Positions 31,292-34,655 of a stretch of 34,655 nucleotides of DNA are shown here, piece after piece (the first letter of the stretch is position 1; each line of letters starts with the position of its first letter). Origin of the DNA: Ministeria vibrans ATCC 50519. Lineage: Eukaryota; Protista; Filasterea. The DNA lies in contig CALSCP010002817.1 in NCBI GenBank assembly GCA_943704425.1, positions 1 to 34,655 of the forward strand. The letters are read 5' to 3'. Below the pieces are notes generated by a model that saw nothing but the letters and a program-made list of their open reading frames with translations, ran no database searches and had not been told where the DNA came from. Position numbers and translations under genes: made by a program.

Positions 31292-33353
31292 TTAGATTGT
31301 CAGTGAGTTTTGTGGCAATTGATAGATGTGAATGTGTTCGTCCCAGGAACTGTCGACACAGAGACCATTTTGGTGGTTTGAGAGATCAAGACCACAAATA
31401 AACTCTGAGTGGCGCGAAATCAAATCGAGAGCAGAGCCCGTTCGGCTGTCAAAAGTGCGCACTGTCATATCGTAACCTATTGAATATTTTTATATTATCA
31501 TTAGTATATTAATTCAATTTTTCGAGCGAAAACTTCTATTCAATCACTCAAACACATGTATGGTAGCAGTTTAAGCGCGTGAGTTCTTACTGGCTGATGC
31601 AATGAGATGAGGAGAATGTGGAGAGAATTTGACACGACGGACGGCGAAACGATGGCCAAGACACACTGACAGAGGAGAAAATGGAGCGCGAATGTCCCAC
31701 ACTGCAAGAGAAACAAAAGAGAGAAAGAGAGAGGAGAGAGAAACAAAGTGAGAGAGAGAGAAACAAAGTGATAGAGAGAGAAACAAAATGATAGAGAGAG
31801 AAACAAGTGATAGAGAGAGAAACAAAGTGATAGAGAGACACACAAAGTGATAGAGAAAGAGGAGGGAGAAAGGATACAAAGTCGAGTGACAAAGTGATAG
31901 AGAGAGAAACAAAGTGATAGAGAGACACACAAAATGATAGAGAGACACACAAAGTGATAGAGAGAGAGAGGAGGGAGAAAGGAGGGAGAAAGAAGACAAA
32001 GTCGAGTGACAAAGTGATAGAGAGGGAAAGTGATAAAAAGAGTGACAAAGCGAGAGACAAAGTGATAGAAAGAGGTATTGAAGGAGGGTAGACAGTAAAT
32101 AAGAACGGAAATGACTAATAAGTAGAATGCGTGTAAGAATAAGAAACTGACAAAAGGACATTGTCTGAAGGAAAAAGAGTGAAAGAGACACTGAAATGCG
32201 ATCGGGTGTCGCGTGAAAAACTCGAGAACAAGGCATACCTCTGAGAGTGGAATCGGTTGAGCCAGACACACAAATGTTTGGGTCATATTTGGAGAAGTCA
32301 CACGAGAGAATTTCGGAATCGTGAGCGAAAATAGACTGAACGGGACTGGAACCGGAACGGGGATCCCACAAGCGAAGAGTGTGATCGCCACTGGCACTAA
32401 GAATGGTCTAAGAAAATACAAGTGAGTGAGTGATTGTGCAATCCAATGTGAGTCGAAGTTTAAGGTGTTGAGTCGTTACGTCTGGAAGATAGGGAGAGAA
32501 AATGGCGGAATATACGACATTTTCGTGACCTGTAAACTCATGAATAGGATCACTTCTTCGAGGGTCCCACTATGAAAAAGATGTAAATACGGCTATACAA
32601 GAGACACACACACATAGAGAGAGAGAAGGTTCTGCACGTACAAGTTTGATGGATTTGTCCCAAGACGCACTGACAAACGTCTGTTTGTGCACAAGATTCC
32701 AATCCACTCCGTACACCTACAGGATTGAGTAAGCACGCGCACGGCTATCGTAAGACACCAAGCTACCTCTTTGCTGTGGCCTTTGAAAATCAGTAACGGA
32801 GCATTCTACAAAAAATAAATAATAATAATAATATTAATCAATAAAAATTATTCGTGATCAATGGAAAGTGGTGCGCCAATGGATACCGTTGGCTGATTCG
32901 CATCCCACAGCTGTATTGAGCCATCGCCACAGCCAGTGACCACATGGTCCTCGACAAGCTCGCTCCAGGCCACATCGAAGAGCGCGTCGGGCGTCTCAAA
33001 CCTACAGTTCAAGAGAAAGAGAGAGAAAGAGAGAGAGAGAGAGTGAGAGAGAGTTTGGCGAACTTGGATCTGTTCAAAAGTGACCTCCTCTGCTCAATCC
33101 ACTCGCCACCGGGACGCGATTCGCCCATGAGAAGGAGTGCTCCACAGCCGGCAATGCCGTAGTACTGCGCAGCGGCAACAGCAACGCGTCCGGGAGTCCA
33201 CGGAGAGAATTCGGTCGCGTAACTTACGAGAGAGAGAGAGCGAGAGAGAGAGAGACAGAGTTTGTGTGTGTGTCAGCACAAGAAACAAATTATATAGAGA
33301 ACCGGCGAGCGTCACCCGTGAACGCCCGTGGTACGAGCGGCTGTAAACGCCAT
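31292..33353 (-). CDS. PEX7: Peroxisomal targeting signal 2 receptor (WD40 peroxin 7)
   Basis: Exons 33353-33316, 33222-33085, 33001-32887, 32805-32767, 32716-32642, 32569-32480, 32407-32239, 31701-31591 and 31476-31292, all joined by GT-AG introns. The product has [90 protein letters not shown] and SWDE, which are diagnostic for PEX7. Confidence 0.95.
31735..32070 (+). repeat. Intronic minisatellite, ~20-bp unit GAAACAAAGTGATAGAGAGA, with a 120-bp higher-order repeat
   Basis: Tandem degenerate units inside PEX7 intron 31702-32238. The block at 31861 (GGAGGGAGAAAG..ACAAAGTCGAGTGACAAAGTGATAG) recurs at 31981. Confidence 0.85.
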
Positions 33354-33670
33354 TTGAAGTGGAATGGAGAAAGATAATTGAAATTAATTATTAATTATTG
33401 AAGAGATCAAAATAATTATATTATTCTGCGGCATAATAAATAATAATTTATTTTAAAATTAATTATATTAGTTACTCATTAATCTATCGCCTATCCTAAT
33501 CCTTCCTTAAGGTCTCACCCACCTCTCCACTTCTTCCCTCACAACCCAAAAACTTGTTTACTTGGCAATTTTCACCGGATTGCGTATAGTGCAGTTTGTC
33601 CTCAAATTGCCGTTTGACTTATCAAATCTCTTAGATTCATTCTTAAGTTGTGTGTGACTACTGGAAAGAA

Positions 33671-33701
<31 letters not shown>

Positions 33702-33953
33702 TCGACACGCTTTTAAGACAGTCGACACTTGGGCTTGCTGGTCAGTTCAATAAGCTTATTGTTGATTGCTGATTATGATGGGTCCCATCCAGAAGCGCTT
33801 TCCGCTCTTCAGTACCTTTGTGATCTTTTCGTTTTGTGCGATTCAATGGAGTAGTGATAATAAAATAATTATTTTATATTCATCCACTCATAGTTCAGTG
33901 AAAGAGACAGAAAAAGAAGAGTTTAATTAACGATTAAACGGGGTAAATATAAA

Positions 33954-34477
33954 TCAGGTGACATGGACGAACATTCCATACTTGGGAATGACAGGCACGG
34001 TGTAGTCGTCTGCCTCACCCCCCTTACACTGGTCAATGGGTGTCAGGGTGAAGCGTTGAGTGAGCAGTGAGAGGATCACGCGAGCCTCAAGAAGCGCAAG
34101 ATGTTGACCAAGGCAGTTGCGTGGCCCTATGACACAGAAGGAAAAATTGAGTTGCGCGAGAGAGTAAGTGTGTTGTTGGTACCAATGATGAAAGGGAGAA
34201 ATGCGTTTGGATCGTGTTTCTCTTCGAATCGTTCGGGGTGGAACTCAAGGGGAGCCTCCCACACCTCAGGGTCAAGGTGGACAGAGCTGATACTAAAATA
34301 AGAGAAGGAAGAGAATGAGTGAGTGGGTGAAAGGAATAGCAAGAGATGAGAAAGAGCGAGTGTGTGTTCACCTGCAGAACATTCTTGTTCCGGGCGCAAT
34401 ATAGTTCCCGTCGAGTGTGTCCTCGTTGACTGCCTGACGCACAACCACCGGAACGGGAGTGTGGCGACGCAGAGTCT
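33954..34477 (-). CDS. Cytochrome P450, 3' exons only (5' part not resolved or outside the window)
   Basis: Exons 34477-34372 (ETLRRHTPVPVVVRQAVNEDTLDG...), 34292-34183 (HLDPEVWEAPLEFHPERF...FLPFIIG) and 34126-33954 (PRNCLGQHLALLEARV...HVT*). ExxR, PERF and FxxGxRxCxG are all present. Confidence 0.92.
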
Positions 34478-34655
34478 CTATGAAAAACAGAGCAAAAGAA
34501 GAAGAAGGCGGCAATCAGTCCATGCGCACTGTAAATGTAACCTCTATCACTTTGTTTCTCTGTCTCTGTCTGTCTGTCTGTCTGTATATCTTCTTTTAAG
34601 AGATATCCTCTCAGTGTCTAGGTGCAGGAAAGAAGAATGAGAATAAGATGTGACA

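Noticed and set aside
31735-32070. Repeat array considered as CRISPR-like
   Set aside because: Eukaryotic intron with degenerate tandem units, no unique spacers and no cas genes.
31540-32421. Hydrophobic 293-, 266- and 157-aa minus-strand ORFs that look like membrane proteins
   Set aside because: Read-through of the CT-rich PEX7 intronic minisatellite; only the exon parts are coding.
33560-33615. Possible hairpin (GGCAATTT...AAATTGCC) between PEX7 and the second P450
   Set aside because: Short stem with no recognisable tRNA, snoRNA or snRNA boxes; compatible with chance.
33954-34477. Two P450s in one window as a tandem duplication or gene cluster
   Set aside because: They are 30 kb apart, differ in motifs (PERF present vs absent; FIIGPRNCLG vs FGEGERSCVG) and in intron density, and are separated by unrelated genes.

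Overview
Eukaryotic, probably protist, gene-dense DNA with short AT-rich GT-AG introns, GA/CT microsatellites and three N gaps. Five genes are supported. (1) The 3' part of a phenylalanine-4-hydroxylase (+, 28-1150). (2) A cytochrome P450 that resembles vertebrate aromatase (CYP19) motif by motif and is fused in frame to a C-terminal NadR/Ttd14-type (AAA_28) P-loop kinase domain (-, 1359-3464). (3) A giant type-I membrane protein of about 8,580 aa (+, 4238-31088). The ORF track splits it into three ORFs, but the two 98-N gaps each have a 111-bp flank overlap that restores one frame. Its layout is signal peptide, PA14, roughly 190-200 Notch-type EGF repeats, a LamG-like domain, a TM helix and a tail ending in ETNV. 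Three globular domains are inserted inside individual EGF modules. (4) PEX7, nine exons (-, 31292-33353). (5) The 3' exons of a second, unrelated P450 (-, 33954-34477). Intron 1 of the giant gene holds a ~64-bp fragment of mitochondrial nad5 that reads through with TGA=Trp. All family assignments come from motif recognition by eye; no searches were run.
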